64,000 nt of DNA, from positions 192,001-256,000 of the forward strand of contig CAXXSL010000008.1 in NCBI GenBank assembly GCA_963675525.2, given 5' to 3'. Positions within the stretch are counted from its first letter, which is position 1. Each line of letters begins with the position of its first letter. This document shows positions 36,261-47,591 of the stretch, piece after piece. The stretch comes from Anaerohalosphaeraceae bacterium (lineage in GTDB: Bacteria > Planctomycetota > Phycisphaerae > Sedimentisphaerales > Anaerohalosphaeraceae). The translations under genes and the position numbers were made by a program. The notes under the pieces are model-generated. The model ran no database searches and was not told where the DNA came from. It saw nothing but the letters and a program-made list of their open reading frames with translations.

Positions 36261-37661
36261 ATGACGACAAAAACAGAACCTATGATGATTAACGAAAACG
36301 AAATCCAACAGGCCCTTGAAAAAGCCCGCACGGCTGATGCCGCGCAGGTCCGTGAAATTTTATTCAAATCCCTTGAAATGAAGGGGCTGGACGCCAATGA
36401 CATAGCCGCCCTGACAACCCTCAGCGACCCGAAATTGCTGGCCGAGTTATTTGACACGGCCAAAAAAGTCAAAGAAGCCATTTACGGCCGCAGACTGGTG
36501 GTCTTCGCCCCGCTGTATATATCCAATCTCTGCAAGAACGAGTGCCTCTATTGTGCATTCCGCGCCAAAAACACCGCGGTCAAACGCCGGGCACTAACAC
36601 AGGACGAAATCGCCGCTGAAGTCCAGACCCTTGAAAAACAGGGACACAAGCGTGTGCTGCTGGTGGCAGGCGAATCCTATCCCAGGCAGGGCTTTCAATA
36701 TGTATTGGACGCCATCGAAACAGTTTACGCCACTAAAGTCGGCAACGGCGAAATCCGCCGGGTCAATATCAACATCGCCCCGCTGACGGTCGAAGAGTTT
36801 AAGCAACTCAAGGCCGCCGAGATCGGAACGTATCAGTTGTTTCAGGAAACATATCACCGCCAAACCTACGCCAATGTCCACCTTTCCGGTCAAAAGGCCG
36901 ATTACGATTGGCGTGTTACCGCCATCGACCGGGCCATGCAGGCCGGTATAGACGATGTCGGTATCGGTGTGCTGTTCGGTCTGTGTGACTGGCGTTTTGA
37001 AATGCTGGCGCTAATGCAGCACATCGGCCATTTGGAAAATAAATTCGGCGTCGGCCCGCATACGATCAGTGTCCCGCGTCTGGAGCCGGCCACCGGCTCG
37101 GATATGGCCGCACATCCCCCGCAACCGGTCAGCGATATTGACTTTCGTAAAATTGTCGCGATTCTGCGGCTGGCGGTGCCCTATACCGGTATTATTATGT
37201 CCACGCGCGAAACGCCGAAAATGCGGCAGGAAACTTTCGCACTGGGCGTCTCACAGATTTCCGCAGGCAGCCGGACCAATCCCGGCGGATACGCCGAAGG
37301 AGAGGATGTCGAAGATGAAGCACAATTCTCGCTCGGCGACCATCGGCCGTTGGATGAGGTCATTTACGATGTCACATACTTAGGCTATATTCCCTCGTTC
37401 TGCACAGGCTGTTATCGGTTGGGCCGAACGGGACAGGATTTTATGGATCTGGCCAAGCCGGGGCTGATTAAGGAACACTGCGACCCGAACGCCCTTTCGA
37501 CGTTTTCAGAATACCTGCTGGATTACGGCTCGGAAAAAACCCGTACCGCCGGAGAGACGCTGATTGACAAAGTACTCGATGAAATGGACGAAATGCCCCG
37601 CCAGCGAAGTGAAGCTATGCTGGCTAAAATTCGCGATGGACGCCGGGACGTTTTCTGTTAA
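36261..37661 (+). CDS. hydG: [FeFe]-hydrogenase maturation radical SAM HydG
   Basis: APLYISNLCKNECLYC, LFQETYH, HTISVPR, SFCTGCYR...C.PN. Confidence 0.96.
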   Translation: MTTKTEPMMINENEIQQALEKARTADAAQVREILFKSLEMKGLDANDIAALTTLSDPKLLAELFDTAKKVKEAIYGRRLVVFAPLYISNLCKNECLYCAFRAKNTAVKRRALTQDEIAAEVQTLEKQGHKRVLLVAGESYPRQGFQYVLDAIETVYATKVGNGEIRRVNINIAPLTVEEFKQLKAAEIGTYQLFQETYHRQTYANVHLSGQKADYDWRVTAIDRAMQAGIDDVGIGVLFGLCDWRFEMLALMQHIGHLENKFGVGPHTISVPRLEPATGSDMAAHPPQPVSDIDFRKIVAILRLAVPYTGIIMSTRETPKMRQETFALGVSQISAGSRTNPGGYAEGEDVEDEAQFSLGDHRPLDEVIYDVTYLGYIPSFCTGCYRLGRTGQDFMDLAKPGLIKEHCDPNALSTFSEYLLDYGSEKTRTAGETLIDKVLDEMDEMPRQRSEAMLAKIRDGRRDVFC

Positions 37662-37669
37662 AGGAAAAG

Positions 37670-38902
37670 ATGATGACACAAGCAACCCCCAAAGGATTCA
37701 GACTGCATATCGGATTGTTCGGTAGAAGAAATGTTGGGAAATCCAGCTTACTCAACGCGATTGTGCGTCAGCAGGTTTCTATTGTTTCCGAACACGCCGG
37801 AACAACCACCGACCCGGTTGAAAAACCGATGGAGCTATTGCCTGTCGGTCCGGTACTGTTTATTGATACCGCGGGAATCGACGACGAAGGTTCACTGGGC
37901 AATCTGCGTATCGATAAAACCCGGAAAATTATTAACCGCACCGATGTCGGTGTCATTGTTACCGATGGCGGATGGACGGACTTTGAAGAAAAACTGCTGG
38001 CTGAATTAACGGGGCGTGATGTGCCGGTTGTGGTTGTGTTTAATAAAATTGATCTTGCCCATCCTGCCGAGGACATCCTCACCCGGTTTGATGCAAACAA
38101 GGTACGGACCGTTAAGACCTCATGCCTGCAAAACGACGGCGTGCTGGATTTCCGGCAAGCCCTGCTGGACACGGCCCCGGCTGAGTTCATCGACAACCCC
38201 ACCATCGCCGGCGACATCGTCAGAGCCGGTGAAACCGCGATTCTGGTCATACCCATTGACAAAGAAGCGCCAAAAGGACGCTTGATTTTGCCGCAAGTGC
38301 AGACCATTCGCGACCTGCTCGAAAACGATGCGATGTGCATGGTGGTCAAAGACAGCGAACTGACGGCGGCACTGAACACACTCAAACAACCGCCCAAACT
38401 GGTCGTAACCGATTCACAGGCATTTGAAAGAGTCTCTGCCGCAACACCACCCAATGTGATGATGACCGGTTTTTCCGTTTTATACGCCCGCCTCAAAGGC
38501 GACCTTGTTACGCAAACACTGGGAGCGATGGCCGTTGAACAATTACATCCGGGAGACAATATATTGGTGGCCGAGACATGCACACATCACCCCATCGACG
38601 ATGACATCGGGCGGATTAAAATCCCTAAATGGCTGGCGCACTATGTCGGCGGCGAACTCAATTTTACCACCGTGCAGGGACAGGATTTCCCCGACGACCT
38701 GTCGCCGTATAAACTGGTCATTCATTGCGGAGCCTGCATGTGGAACCGCCGGATGATGCTGAACCGCATTTTGAATTGCCGCAAGGCCGGCGTGCCGATT
38801 ACCAATTACGGCCTGGTCATCGCTTATAGTCTGGGTATTTTTGAACGGGCATTACAACCCTTCCCGGCGGCGCTGGAAGCATACCATAACTATGCTAAAT
38901 GA
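37670..38902 (+). CDS. hydF: [FeFe]-hydrogenase maturation GTPase HydF
   Basis: GRRNVGKSS, GTTTDPV, APKGRLILPQ, CTHH, HCGACM. Confidence 0.97.
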   Translation: MMTQATPKGFRLHIGLFGRRNVGKSSLLNAIVRQQVSIVSEHAGTTTDPVEKPMELLPVGPVLFIDTAGIDDEGSLGNLRIDKTRKIINRTDVGVIVTDGGWTDFEEKLLAELTGRDVPVVVVFNKIDLAHPAEDILTRFDANKVRTVKTSCLQNDGVLDFRQALLDTAPAEFIDNPTIAGDIVRAGETAILVIPIDKEAPKGRLILPQVQTIRDLLENDAMCMVVKDSELTAALNTLKQPPKLVVTDSQAFERVSAATPPNVMMTGFSVLYARLKGDLVTQTLGAMAVEQLHPGDNILVAETCTHHPIDDDIGRIKIPKWLAHYVGGELNFTTVQGQDFPDDLSPYKLVIHCGACMWNRRMMLNRILNCRKAGVPITNYGLVIAYSLGIFERALQPFPAALEAYHNYAK

Positions 38903-39965
38903 AAATATCACAATCGAAGAACTCCAGGCCTGGCTCCGCGAAAATGACCTGCAAAAGCTCCAACAACTTTGGGACACTGCTGATGCGGTGCGTAAAGAAA
39001 ACGTCGGCGACGCAGTTCATTTACGCGGCCTCATCGAGATTAGCAATTACTGCGCCCGCCAGTGCACCTATTGCGGTCTGGCCGCCGACAATACAGAAAT
39101 GACACGCTACCGGATGAATGCGGACGAAATATTCGCCTGCGCTAAAGAAGCCGTCGCGTACGGTTACGGCACCGTGGTCATGCAGGCCGGCGAAGACTAC
39201 GGTATCGAATCACTATGGTTAGCCGACATCATCAAACACATCAAAGCCGAACTGCCGCTGGCCGTTACGCTCAGCATGGGCGAACGACCTTTGGAAGACC
39301 TTAAGCTTTGGCGAGACGCCGGCACCGATCGTTATCTGCTGCGCTTTGAGACATCCGACAAAAAACTCTATGAGTTGATTCACCCGCCGCTGGCCGACCA
39401 GAAACTTGACCGCTTCGACATTCTGGATCAACTCAGAAAACTCGGGTACGAAACCGGCTCCGGCGTGATGATCGGCCTTCCCGGACAGACTTACAGCACA
39501 TTAGCCAGTGATATTGACACTTTTCGTCGATATGATATGGACATGATCGGGGTCGGTCCCTATATCGCCAATCCACTGACACCCCTGGGACGCGGCGAAA
39601 TTATAACAAACATCAAACCTGAAGACCAGGTACATAATACAGAAATGATGACCTACAAAGTCATTGCCCTGGCCCGGCTGGTTTGTCCGCAGGCCAATAT
39701 CCCCAGCACCACCGCTCTGGCGACGATCAACAAACAAACAGGGCGGGAATTCGGCCTCATGCGCGGTGCCAATGTCGTCATGCCGAACGTAACCCCCGTT
39801 GAATACCGCACCAAATACGAAATTTACCCCGGCAAGGCCTGTCTGAACGAAACAGCCGAGCAATGCCAGGGCTGCCTCCGCAACCGCGTCGCTTCGATCG
39901 GCAGAAGCATCGGTACAGGTCCGGGTTCAAGATCGCACGCATCCGAAGGTATCACAGGAGGGTAA
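38892..39965 (+). CDS. hydE: [FeFe]-hydrogenase maturation radical SAM HydE
   Basis: RGLIEISNYCARQCTYCG, YLLRFET, NIPSTTAL, GANVVMPN, YEIYPGK. Confidence 0.95.
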   Translation: MLNENITIEELQAWLRENDLQKLQQLWDTADAVRKENVGDAVHLRGLIEISNYCARQCTYCGLAADNTEMTRYRMNADEIFACAKEAVAYGYGTVVMQAGEDYGIESLWLADIIKHIKAELPLAVTLSMGERPLEDLKLWRDAGTDRYLLRFETSDKKLYELIHPPLADQKLDRFDILDQLRKLGYETGSGVMIGLPGQTYSTLASDIDTFRRYDMDMIGVGPYIANPLTPLGRGEIITNIKPEDQVHNTEMMTYKVIALARLVCPQANIPSTTALATINKQTGREFGLMRGANVVMPNVTPVEYRTKYEIYPGKACLNETAEQCQGCLRNRVASIGRSIGTGPGSRSHASEGITGG

Positions 39966-40015
39966 CGGTTAAAACCGCTTTTTGATTAGCGTTCGAGGCT
40001 GACGAAATGATTACT

Positions 40016-41110
40016 TTATTGGGGCAATTCTTCGACCGTCAGTAATCTCAGGATATTGGGATAAATCTGGATCAGGTCTCGGAGACCTTTGATCAAATTG
40101 GACGGGGTCAAAACTCCATATGTATCTGCCTCTTTGTCATAAACCGGCAAACAGGTAAGATTGTTTTCAAGTATCGTATCACAGACTTCCCAGAAGAAAA
40201 CCTCTCCCTGAACAAAATGTTTCTCCGGCTGCATGATATCTGAGATTGTTATATCGCGCAGTGCCGCACGGCTGAGTTTACCTTCATAGAGAATGTCTTC
40301 CTCAGTGTTGCCCACTCGAAGTCCGGCCAGAAATCCCAGAACATCCCGGTCAGAAACAAAACCGGAAAATATCCCCTCATCCGTCAGAACGGGAATATTT
40401 CGGCCGTATCCGGATGCAAAAAGACTCATTGCTTTCATCAGGTCATCCTGCTCTTCAAGAAACAACGTGGGCTTATGCATCATTTGTCTGGCCTTAAAGG
40501 GGCCCTTTTGAAGCATTTCCATAAAATTCAACAAACACAACGAAAGAACCTGATTCATTTCACCGGTTTCATCATTGAGAATAATGTCAAAGATATTTCC
40601 CAATCGATGCAGCAGCCGCAAAACATCACGGCTTTGGATGCAACCGGCTCCCTGAGTACCGTCTGCAACCAACACTGAATCCAGGCTTTCAACTGACAAC
40701 GCGGCAATGGCACGTTCCATTCCGGAATCGGCCGAAATCGACCTTATTTTATGACGCATGACCTTTGAGACCGGGTAGTTCAGAACGTCCCAGTCATAGT
40801 AGCTTCGTTCAAGCGGCGATGTTGAAGAAACGATATCGCCAAAAATATCTTTGGCGCGAATGCTCCCGATGAAAGTATGTTCTTGATCACTCGTTCCGTA
40901 CATCACCCGCACCGGCAATTGGACCAGCCCATTTTTATGCATTGTTTTCAACGACGCAATCACCGGTTCGGTGGACCATGCTGCTGGAATATAGTCGTCC
41001 ATGATGTCCTGAACACGCAAATTACTGCTCAGGGCCAACGGTATTGAGCTTGAATGAGCTGTCTTTTCTGCAGAAAATACCTCAGACTTTTCCAACCAGC
41101 TTGAGTTCAT
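40016..41110 (-). CDS. Tandem CBS-domain protein
   Basis: Repeated V.DIM...LPV...G.(I/V)...D motifs, about four CBS units. Confidence 0.75.
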   Translation of the reverse strand: MNSSWLEKSEVFSAEKTAHSSSIPLALSSNLRVQDIMDDYIPAAWSTEPVIASLKTMHKNGLVQLPVRVMYGTSDQEHTFIGSIRAKDIFGDIVSSTSPLERSYYDWDVLNYPVSKVMRHKIRSISADSGMERAIAALSVESLDSVLVADGTQGAGCIQSRDVLRLLHRLGNIFDIILNDETGEMNQVLSLCLLNFMEMLQKGPFKARQMMHKPTLFLEEQDDLMKAMSLFASGYGRNIPVLTDEGIFSGFVSDRDVLGFLAGLRVGNTEEDILYEGKLSRAALRDITISDIMQPEKHFVQGEVFFWEVCDTILENNLTCLPVYDKEADTYGVLTPSNLIKGLRDLIQIYPNILRLLTVEELPQ

Positions 41111-41357
41111 AAATTACTCCATTACCTTTCGTTGGGAGAAGTTTATCTCCCGACAGAATCTGCCTTACTATATATAAAGATTACAATACATGCTGATTAT
41201 CGTCAAATTTCAGGCTGTCGATAACTTCGATTTCTGAATGTTGGAAAATTAGACCAGACCGATAATACCCTGTTTCTGGGAAACAAAAAGGATACTTATC
41301 GGACGCAGACGATTGAGGCCATGATGGCCTTTGACCGCTGAATATGTACCGATAAAA

Positions 41358-42524
41358 TTATGAGCTGGTTTTCACAAAGGGACTCAATTCACGAAGCCGA
41401 TTGATAATAGGCGCTATTTTTTCGATCACAAAATCGACATCCGCTTCGGTATTATAGCGGCTGAGACTGAAACGAATCGATCCATGGGCGGCGGTAAACG
41501 GCACCCCCATCGCTCGAAGCACATGAGACGGTTCCAGCGAGCCGGACGTGCAGGCCGAACCGGAACTTGCACAAATGCCGAACTGGTCAAGCATCATCAG
41601 GATCGACTCGCCTTCGATATATTCAAAACTAATATTGGTTGTATTAGGCAGGCGATTCTTTGGATCGCCATTGACAAAGCAGTCGGGACAGGATTCCAGA
41701 ATCCCTTTTTCCAGCTTACCCCGCAGTGCTTTAACCCTTGTATTTTCTTCATTCATATGGCTCAGGGCCAGTTCACACGCCTTGCCAAGTCCGATAATAC
41801 CGGGAATATTCTCCGTACCGCCTCGCCGGCCCGATTCCTGATGACCACCATGCATAAATGTACCCAACCGGGTTCCCCTGCGCACATACAGCACACCAAC
41901 GCCTTTGGGGGCATGGAGTTTGTGACCGGACAAACTCAGCAGATCAATCGCGCTGTCTTTAAGATTTAAAGGTATTTTTCCGACAACCTGAACGGCATCG
42001 GTATGAAATACAATCCCGCGGGCAGAGACGATTTCGGCAATCTGTTCAACCGGGAAAATAACACCTGTCTCGTTATTCGCATACATCACCGAAACAATCG
42101 CAGTATTGTCATCCATTCGGAAGCCCAATTCGTCAATATCCAGACAACCCTGCGGGTCCACACTGATCTCGCTGACACTGTAGCCGTGACGTTCCAGATC
42201 GCGGCAGGTTGTCAGAACCGCTGGATGTTCAACACGTGTGGTTACAACCTTCCGCCGGTTGGGGTGCATTTCGAGCGTTCCCTTGATGGCAGAATTGTCG
42301 CTTTCGGTTCCGCAACTGGTAAAAATGATCTCGTCCGGCTCACATCCCAGTAATGCAGCGACCTGTTCCCTGGCCCGTGCAACCTCTTTGCCGACACTGC
42401 CACCGAACGTGTGCATACTGGATGGATTGCCGTATTTTTCATTCAGGTAGGGCAGCATCGCTTCAATTACTTCATCGGCCACTTTCGTGGTCGCATTGTT
42501 ATCCATATAAATGACGTTTGCCAT
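41358..42524 (-). CDS. nifS: Cysteine desulfurase NifS/IscS
   Basis: YMDNNATT, SGHKLH.PKGVG, SSGSACTS. Confidence 0.95.
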   Translation of the reverse strand: MANVIYMDNNATTKVADEVIEAMLPYLNEKYGNPSSMHTFGGSVGKEVARAREQVAALLGCEPDEIIFTSCGTESDNSAIKGTLEMHPNRRKVVTTRVEHPAVLTTCRDLERHGYSVSEISVDPQGCLDIDELGFRMDDNTAIVSVMYANNETGVIFPVEQIAEIVSARGIVFHTDAVQVVGKIPLNLKDSAIDLLSLSGHKLHAPKGVGVLYVRRGTRLGTFMHGGHQESGRRGGTENIPGIIGLGKACELALSHMNEENTRVKALRGKLEKGILESCPDCFVNGDPKNRLPNTTNISFEYIEGESILMMLDQFGICASSGSACTSGSLEPSHVLRAMGVPFTAAHGSIRFSLSRYNTEADVDFVIEKIAPIINRLRELSPFVKTSS

Positions 42525-42549
42525 GGGAACTACTCCCGTAAAATCAGAT

Positions 42550-43407
42550 TTAATCCTTCAATTCCTCAACGTAAAGATGCTCGCTGACAAACTCCCTGAG
42601 CCGGACCTCTACAACATCCCGCATTGTATATTCGGCCATTTTGCACTGTGCGCACATGCCGCGAAAAGCAACAAGGACCTTGTCGCCTTCAACATCGATC
42701 AAATCGATATCTCCGCCGTCCGCCCGCAATGCCGGGCGTATCTGCTCATTGATGGTTTGCTGAATAAGCTGAATTTTCTGAATGTTCGTAAGCTTAGCGG
42801 GTCGGGCGGGTTTTTCCTTGTGAACCACATGTGCCTTCTGACCCTGGACTTCTTCAATGAGTTCAGCAATACGCTCTTTACAGCCCCCACAACCGCCGCC
42901 AGCTTTACAAAAATTCGTAACACTGTCAACTGCCGTCAAATCATTTTCATGCACGACCTTGCGAATCTCTTCATCCGTCACACCAAAACAGGTACACACA
43001 ATGTTGCCTTTGGGGACCTCGGGAACCTTGCCGCCTTTCCGCTTGTAATAATCCTGAATCGCAGCTTCAAGGGCTTCCTGCCCCATGACCGAACAATGCA
43101 TTTTTTGATCGGGGAGGCCGCCAAGTCGTTCGACAATATCCTTGTTTGTCACAGCGGCGGCTTCCTCAAGCGTCATCCCTTTGATCATCTCGGTTAAAAC
43201 CGACGAGGAAGCGATCGCACTGGCACAGCCGAAGGTTTGGAACTTTACATCCTTGATCCGGCCGTTTTCATCCAATTTAAACATCAGCGTCAGTGCATCA
43301 CCGCAAGCCAGCGACCCAACTTCGCCCACACCGTCAGGATCATTTAATTTTCCGACATTTCGCGGGCGATGAAACTGATCCATCACTTTATCCGTATAAT
43401 CCCACAT
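42550..43407 (-). CDS. nifU: Fe-S scaffold NifU (IscU + BFD-like + Nfu domains)
   Basis: ACGD, FGCASA, KMHC; CTCF...GGGCGGC; DGGD...CAQC. Confidence 0.95.
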   Translation of the reverse strand: MWDYTDKVMDQFHRPRNVGKLNDPDGVGEVGSLACGDALTLMFKLDENGRIKDVKFQTFGCASAIASSSVLTEMIKGMTLEEAAAVTNKDIVERLGGLPDQKMHCSVMGQEALEAAIQDYYKRKGGKVPEVPKGNIVCTCFGVTDEEIRKVVHENDLTAVDSVTNFCKAGGGCGGCKERIAELIEEVQGQKAHVVHKEKPARPAKLTNIQKIQLIQQTINEQIRPALRADGGDIDLIDVEGDKVLVAFRGMCAQCKMAEYTMRDVVEVRLREFVSEHLYVEELKD

Positions 43408-43429
43408 CTCTTTATTCCCTTAGGATATT

Positions 43430-44719
43430 CTATTTCTGACTGGTTTTTAAAGCCTGATCGAAATCATCAATAATATCATCGATGTGTTCGGTTCCCACGG
43501 AGACACGAACATAGTCCGGCGTCACGCCGGCGGCCAACTGTTCCTGTTCGTTCAACTGCTGGTGGGTTGTACTGGCCGGGTGGATCACCAGCGTCTTGCT
43601 GTCCAGAACATTGGCCAAATGGCTGGCCAACTCAACATGATCGATGAACTTCTTGCCGGCTTCGATGCCGCCTTTTATACCAAAGCCAAGAATCGCGCCC
43701 TGTCCATCCGGTAAATATTTCTTGGCTAAATCATAATTCGGATGGGACGGCAAGCCCGGATAATTAATCCAACTGACAGCCGGATGCTTTTCAAGAAACG
43801 TCGCTAACGCCAACGCATTTTCACAATGACGGGGCGCACGCAAGTGCAGGGTTTCAACCCCTTGCAGCAGGAGAAATGCATTGAATGGAGACAAACAACC
43901 GCCGGTGTCACGCAGGATATTGGTGCGAATCTTAATAATATAGGCCAAGGGGCCCAGCGCTTCGTAATATTTCAGGCCGTGATAGCTCGGATCCGGTTCG
44001 GTCAGACCCGGAAACTTGCCATTGTCCCATTTGAAGTTACCCGAATCGACAACAACCCCGCCAACGCTCGTACCATGACCGCCTATTATTTTTGTACAAG
44101 AATGAACCACAATATCGATGCCGTGCTCAATGGGTCGAAACAGCATCGGAGAGGTCACCGTATTATCACAAATCACCGGCAGACGATGATCATGAGCGAT
44201 CTTTGTGATGGCTTTATAGTCCAGCACATCATTTTTCGGATTTCCGATCGACTCAATATAGATCAACTTCGTATTGTCTTTGATCGCCTTGGCAAAATTC
44301 TGAGGATCGTTGGGATCGACCATCGTGAACTCAATTCCCATTTTCGGAAGCGTATGCGTAAACAGAGTGCAGGTGCCGCCATAAAGTGAATTTGATGAAA
44401 CAACATGTGAACCGGCCGGGGCAATATTCTGTATCGCCGCGGTGATCGCCGCCATCCCGGAACTGAAGGCACAGGCCGCGATGCCGCCTTCCAATGCCGC
44501 CAGACGTTTTTCGAGGACATCCGTCGTCGGGTTCATCAGACGCGTATAAATATTGCCGAATTCCTTGAGCCCGAACAGATTCGCCGCGTGATCGGTATCT
44601 TTAAACAAATAGCTTGTTGTCTGATAGATCGGGACGGCCCGGCTCAGCGTTGTTGGATCCACTTCCTGTCCGGCATGTAACGCTAATGTATCAAGTTTAT
44701 ATGTCTTTTCATTTTCCAT
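43430..44719 (-). CDS. metY: O-acetylhomoserine sulfhydrylase
   Basis: [31 protein letters not shown]. Confidence 0.92.
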   Translation of the reverse strand: MENEKTYKLDTLALHAGQEVDPTTLSRAVPIYQTTSYLFKDTDHAANLFGLKEFGNIYTRLMNPTTDVLEKRLAALEGGIAACAFSSGMAAITAAIQNIAPAGSHVVSSNSLYGGTCTLFTHTLPKMGIEFTMVDPNDPQNFAKAIKDNTKLIYIESIGNPKNDVLDYKAITKIAHDHRLPVICDNTVTSPMLFRPIEHGIDIVVHSCTKIIGGHGTSVGGVVVDSGNFKWDNGKFPGLTEPDPSYHGLKYYEALGPLAYIIKIRTNILRDTGGCLSPFNAFLLLQGVETLHLRAPRHCENALALATFLEKHPAVSWINYPGLPSHPNYDLAKKYLPDGQGAILGFGIKGGIEAGKKFIDHVELASHLANVLDSKTLVIHPASTTHQQLNEQEQLAAGVTPDYVRVSVGTEHIDDIIDDFDQALKTSQK

Positions 44720-44754
44720 GAATATTCCTTACGTAAAAAAGAGAGTTTTATTTT

Positions 44755-45669
44755 CTATTTCGGCAATATTTCGATCATTCGGTCCAGCGACCTTTTTGCG
44801 TCCGAGGCAACCGACTCCGGAACAGTAATGCGATATTGCATGTCCTGCAGTGCCCATAATACTTTTTCTACCGATATCTTCTTCATGTTCGGACAGATCG
44901 CTTTTTCCGTAACGGGATAAAAGTATTTGTCAGGATTTTGTTTTTTCAGTGTATGTAAAATCCCGTTTTCTGTCGCAATAATAAATTCTCTGGCACTGCT
45001 TGTTTTCGCAAATTTCAGCATTTGCCCCGTACTGAGCAATTCATCCGCCAACACCCGAACTTCCGGGTTGCACTCCGGATGGGCCAGAAGCACTGCTTCC
45101 GGATGTTCCTGTTTGGCTTCACGAACATCTTCGGCACGAATCCGAACATGCGTCGAGCAATAACCCGGCCAAAGAATCATTTCCCGAGCAGTTCTTTCAT
45201 TAATAAATCCGCCTAAATTTTTATCCGGCACGAACAGGATCTGCCTGTCTTTAGGCAAGGACTCAACTAACTCCAAAGCATTGCCGCTGGTACAGCAATA
45301 ATCGCTCAAGGCCTTGACTTCAGCCGTCGAATTCACATAGCAGACCACCAATGCATCGGGGTATTTATCTTTCATCTCCTGAAGCTGTGCCGCGTTAATC
45401 ATATCCGCCATTGGGCAGCCGGCATCTTTTTCCGGCAGCAGGATTGTCTTTTTCGGTGACAAGATCGCCGCCGTTTCAGCCATAAACCGCACACCGCAAA
45501 ATACGATTGTCTCCGCATCGGTCCGGGCAGCCTGCACGCTCAAGCCCAGTGAGTCTCCGGCATAATCGGCCAGGTCCTGAATTGGGCCGGGTTGATAATT
45601 GTGTGCCAGGATTACCGCGTTACGCTCTTTTTTTAATTTCTGTATTTTTTCCAGTAATTCTACACTCAC
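44755..45669 (-). CDS. nadA: Quinolinate synthase
   Basis: ILAHNYQ, FCGVRFMAE, GCPMA, HPEC, CPNMK. Confidence 0.96.
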   Translation of the reverse strand: MSVELLEKIQKLKKERNAVILAHNYQPGPIQDLADYAGDSLGLSVQAARTDAETIVFCGVRFMAETAAILSPKKTILLPEKDAGCPMADMINAAQLQEMKDKYPDALVVCYVNSTAEVKALSDYCCTSGNALELVESLPKDRQILFVPDKNLGGFINERTAREMILWPGYCSTHVRIRAEDVREAKQEHPEAVLLAHPECNPEVRVLADELLSTGQMLKFAKTSSAREFIIATENGILHTLKKQNPDKYFYPVTEKAICPNMKKISVEKVLWALQDMQYRITVPESVASDAKRSLDRMIEILPK

Positions 45670-46604
45670 AAATAATACTCCAATTGATCGCCAAAACCCG
45701 GCCCTTTTTTCTTATACAGCGCCTCCGGCTTAGTAATCGTTACCACCGTTCCCGACGGCACCGACTCGCGAATCCAGACATTGCCGCCGATCACCGCACC
45801 TTTACCAATGACAATATCGCCAAGAATCGTCGCTTCGGCATAAACCGTCACTTCATCCTCCAGGGTCGGATGCCGTTTCTTGTCACGAATGATCTGTCCC
45901 CTTTCGTCTTTCGGGAAGCTGATCGCCCCGAGCGTTACACCCTGGTAAATCTTTACATTATTTCCAATCACCGCCGTTTCGCCGATCACCACACCGGTTC
46001 CATGGTCAATGAAAAACCGGTTGCCGATAGTAGCCCCCGGATGAATATCGATCCCCGTCCGTGAATGCGCATATTCGGCCATGATTCTCGGGATCAGCGG
46101 GACGTCCATCAAAAAAAGTTCATGAGCAACCCGATGAATTGTAATGACAATCATATGCGGGTAACTGATGACGATCTCTTCGAACGACTTGGCCGCCGGG
46201 TCACCCTCGAACGCTGCTTCAACATCGTCTTTGAGCTTGTGCCGAATATCCGGAATCCGGTTTAATAATTCACTGGCATGATGAATGGATAAATTGGCAC
46301 AATCACACGTTGAACACTCCTGCAATCTGCACTCATGCCGCAGCGCCAATTCGATCTGCTCGGCCAACTCGCGCCGGATCACCACCAAAAGTTCATGCAC
46401 AACAGAGCCAATGGTATCGCGCGTTACTTTACGCTTGCCCGTATAGCCCGGAAACAACAGCTCCATACAGAGCTCGAGAATGTTGACGATCTTATCACGC
46501 ACCGGAAGATTTCGAACATCAATAAAATTGATGCCCGAATCGCCTTCGTATGTAGAAACAATCCGCTCGGACAGTTCGCCAAAATCAAAGTCAGGTTGGT
46601 TCAT
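45666..46604 (-). CDS. cysE: Serine O-acetyltransferase
   Basis: GDPAA, TGIDIHPGA, FIDHGTGVVIGET, KRHPT. Confidence 0.93.
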   Translation of the reverse strand: MNQPDFDFGELSERIVSTYEGDSGINFIDVRNLPVRDKIVNILELCMELLFPGYTGKRKVTRDTIGSVVHELLVVIRRELAEQIELALRHECRLQECSTCDCANLSIHHASELLNRIPDIRHKLKDDVEAAFEGDPAAKSFEEIVISYPHMIVITIHRVAHELFLMDVPLIPRIMAEYAHSRTGIDIHPGATIGNRFFIDHGTGVVIGETAVIGNNVKIYQGVTLGAISFPKDERGQIIRDKKRHPTLEDEVTVYAEATILGDIVIGKGAVIGGNVWIRESVPSGTVVTITKPEALYKKKGPGFGDQLEYYL

Positions 46605-46634
46605 TTCTGCCGTTTCCTGTGTTGTTAAAAATTA

Positions 46635-47567
46635 CTATTGCGACAGATGAGCGTACAAATCGGTCGAAAGATATCGTTCTCCCGTATCACACATGATAAA
46701 AACGATCATCTTGCCGGCATTTTCCGGTTTTCGGGAAAGTTCTATTGCCGCATGACAGGCCGCCCCGGCACTGATTCCACCCAAAATTCCTTCCAGAGAA
46801 GCCATTTGCCTGGACGCTTCAATGGCTTGTTCATTGGTCACCGTAACAATCTTATCGTAAACAGAAGTGTTCAGGACACAGGGAACAAACCCAGCACCAA
46901 TCCCTTGGATTTTATGCGGACCGGGATTACCCCCGGATAAAACCGGAGAATCCGTCGGCTCAATAGCTACCACCTCGATGGAAGATTTTTTTTGCTTGAG
47001 TACTTCGCCGCAACCGGTTATCGTCCCTCCCGTTCCGACACCGGACACCAGAATATCGACTTTGCCGTCGGTGTCGTCCCAAATCTCCAAACCGGTTGTC
47101 TCACGATGAATCTGGGGGTTGGCGGGATTATTAAACTGCTGCAGAATCAACGAATTGGGCGTTTTTGCCTGAAGCTTTTCAGCCTCCTCGATCGCCCCTT
47201 TCATGCCCTGCGTCGCCGGAGTCAGAACAATCTCGGCCCCCAGCATTTTCAGCAGTTTACGCCGCTCCAAGCTCATGGATTCCGGCATCGTCAGAATCAA
47301 ACGGTAACCTCGAGCCGCACAGACAAAGGCCAGCCCAATACCGGTATTCCCGCTGGTCGGCTCGATCAGAATAGTTTCCTTATCGATCTTGCCGGCCCTT
47401 TCGGCGGTATCAATCATGGATGCCGCGATTCGGTCCTTTACCGAACCACACGGATTGAACGACTCCATTTTCGCCAGCACGGTCGAATCCGACGGTGCCA
47501 TCCGATTCAATTTTACTAACGGCGTATGTCCCACAGTCGCCACGATGTTTTCATAAATCTTGCCCAT
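46635..47567 (-). CDS. cysK: Cysteine synthase A
   Basis: SVKDR, EPTSGNTG, GVGTGGT, PHKIQGIG, ERYLST. Confidence 0.96.
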   Translation of the reverse strand: MGKIYENIVATVGHTPLVKLNRMAPSDSTVLAKMESFNPCGSVKDRIAASMIDTAERAGKIDKETILIEPTSGNTGIGLAFVCAARGYRLILTMPESMSLERRKLLKMLGAEIVLTPATQGMKGAIEEAEKLQAKTPNSLILQQFNNPANPQIHRETTGLEIWDDTDGKVDILVSGVGTGGTITGCGEVLKQKKSSIEVVAIEPTDSPVLSGGNPGPHKIQGIGAGFVPCVLNTSVYDKIVTVTNEQAIEASRQMASLEGILGGISAGAACHAAIELSRKPENAGKMIVFIMCDTGERYLSTDLYAHLSQ

Positions 47568-47591
47568 AATGACCTCATCAAATAGTGACAA

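Noticed and set aside
41358..43407. Nitrogen-fixation cluster
   Set aside because: Only nifS/nifU-type genes are present; no nifHDK.
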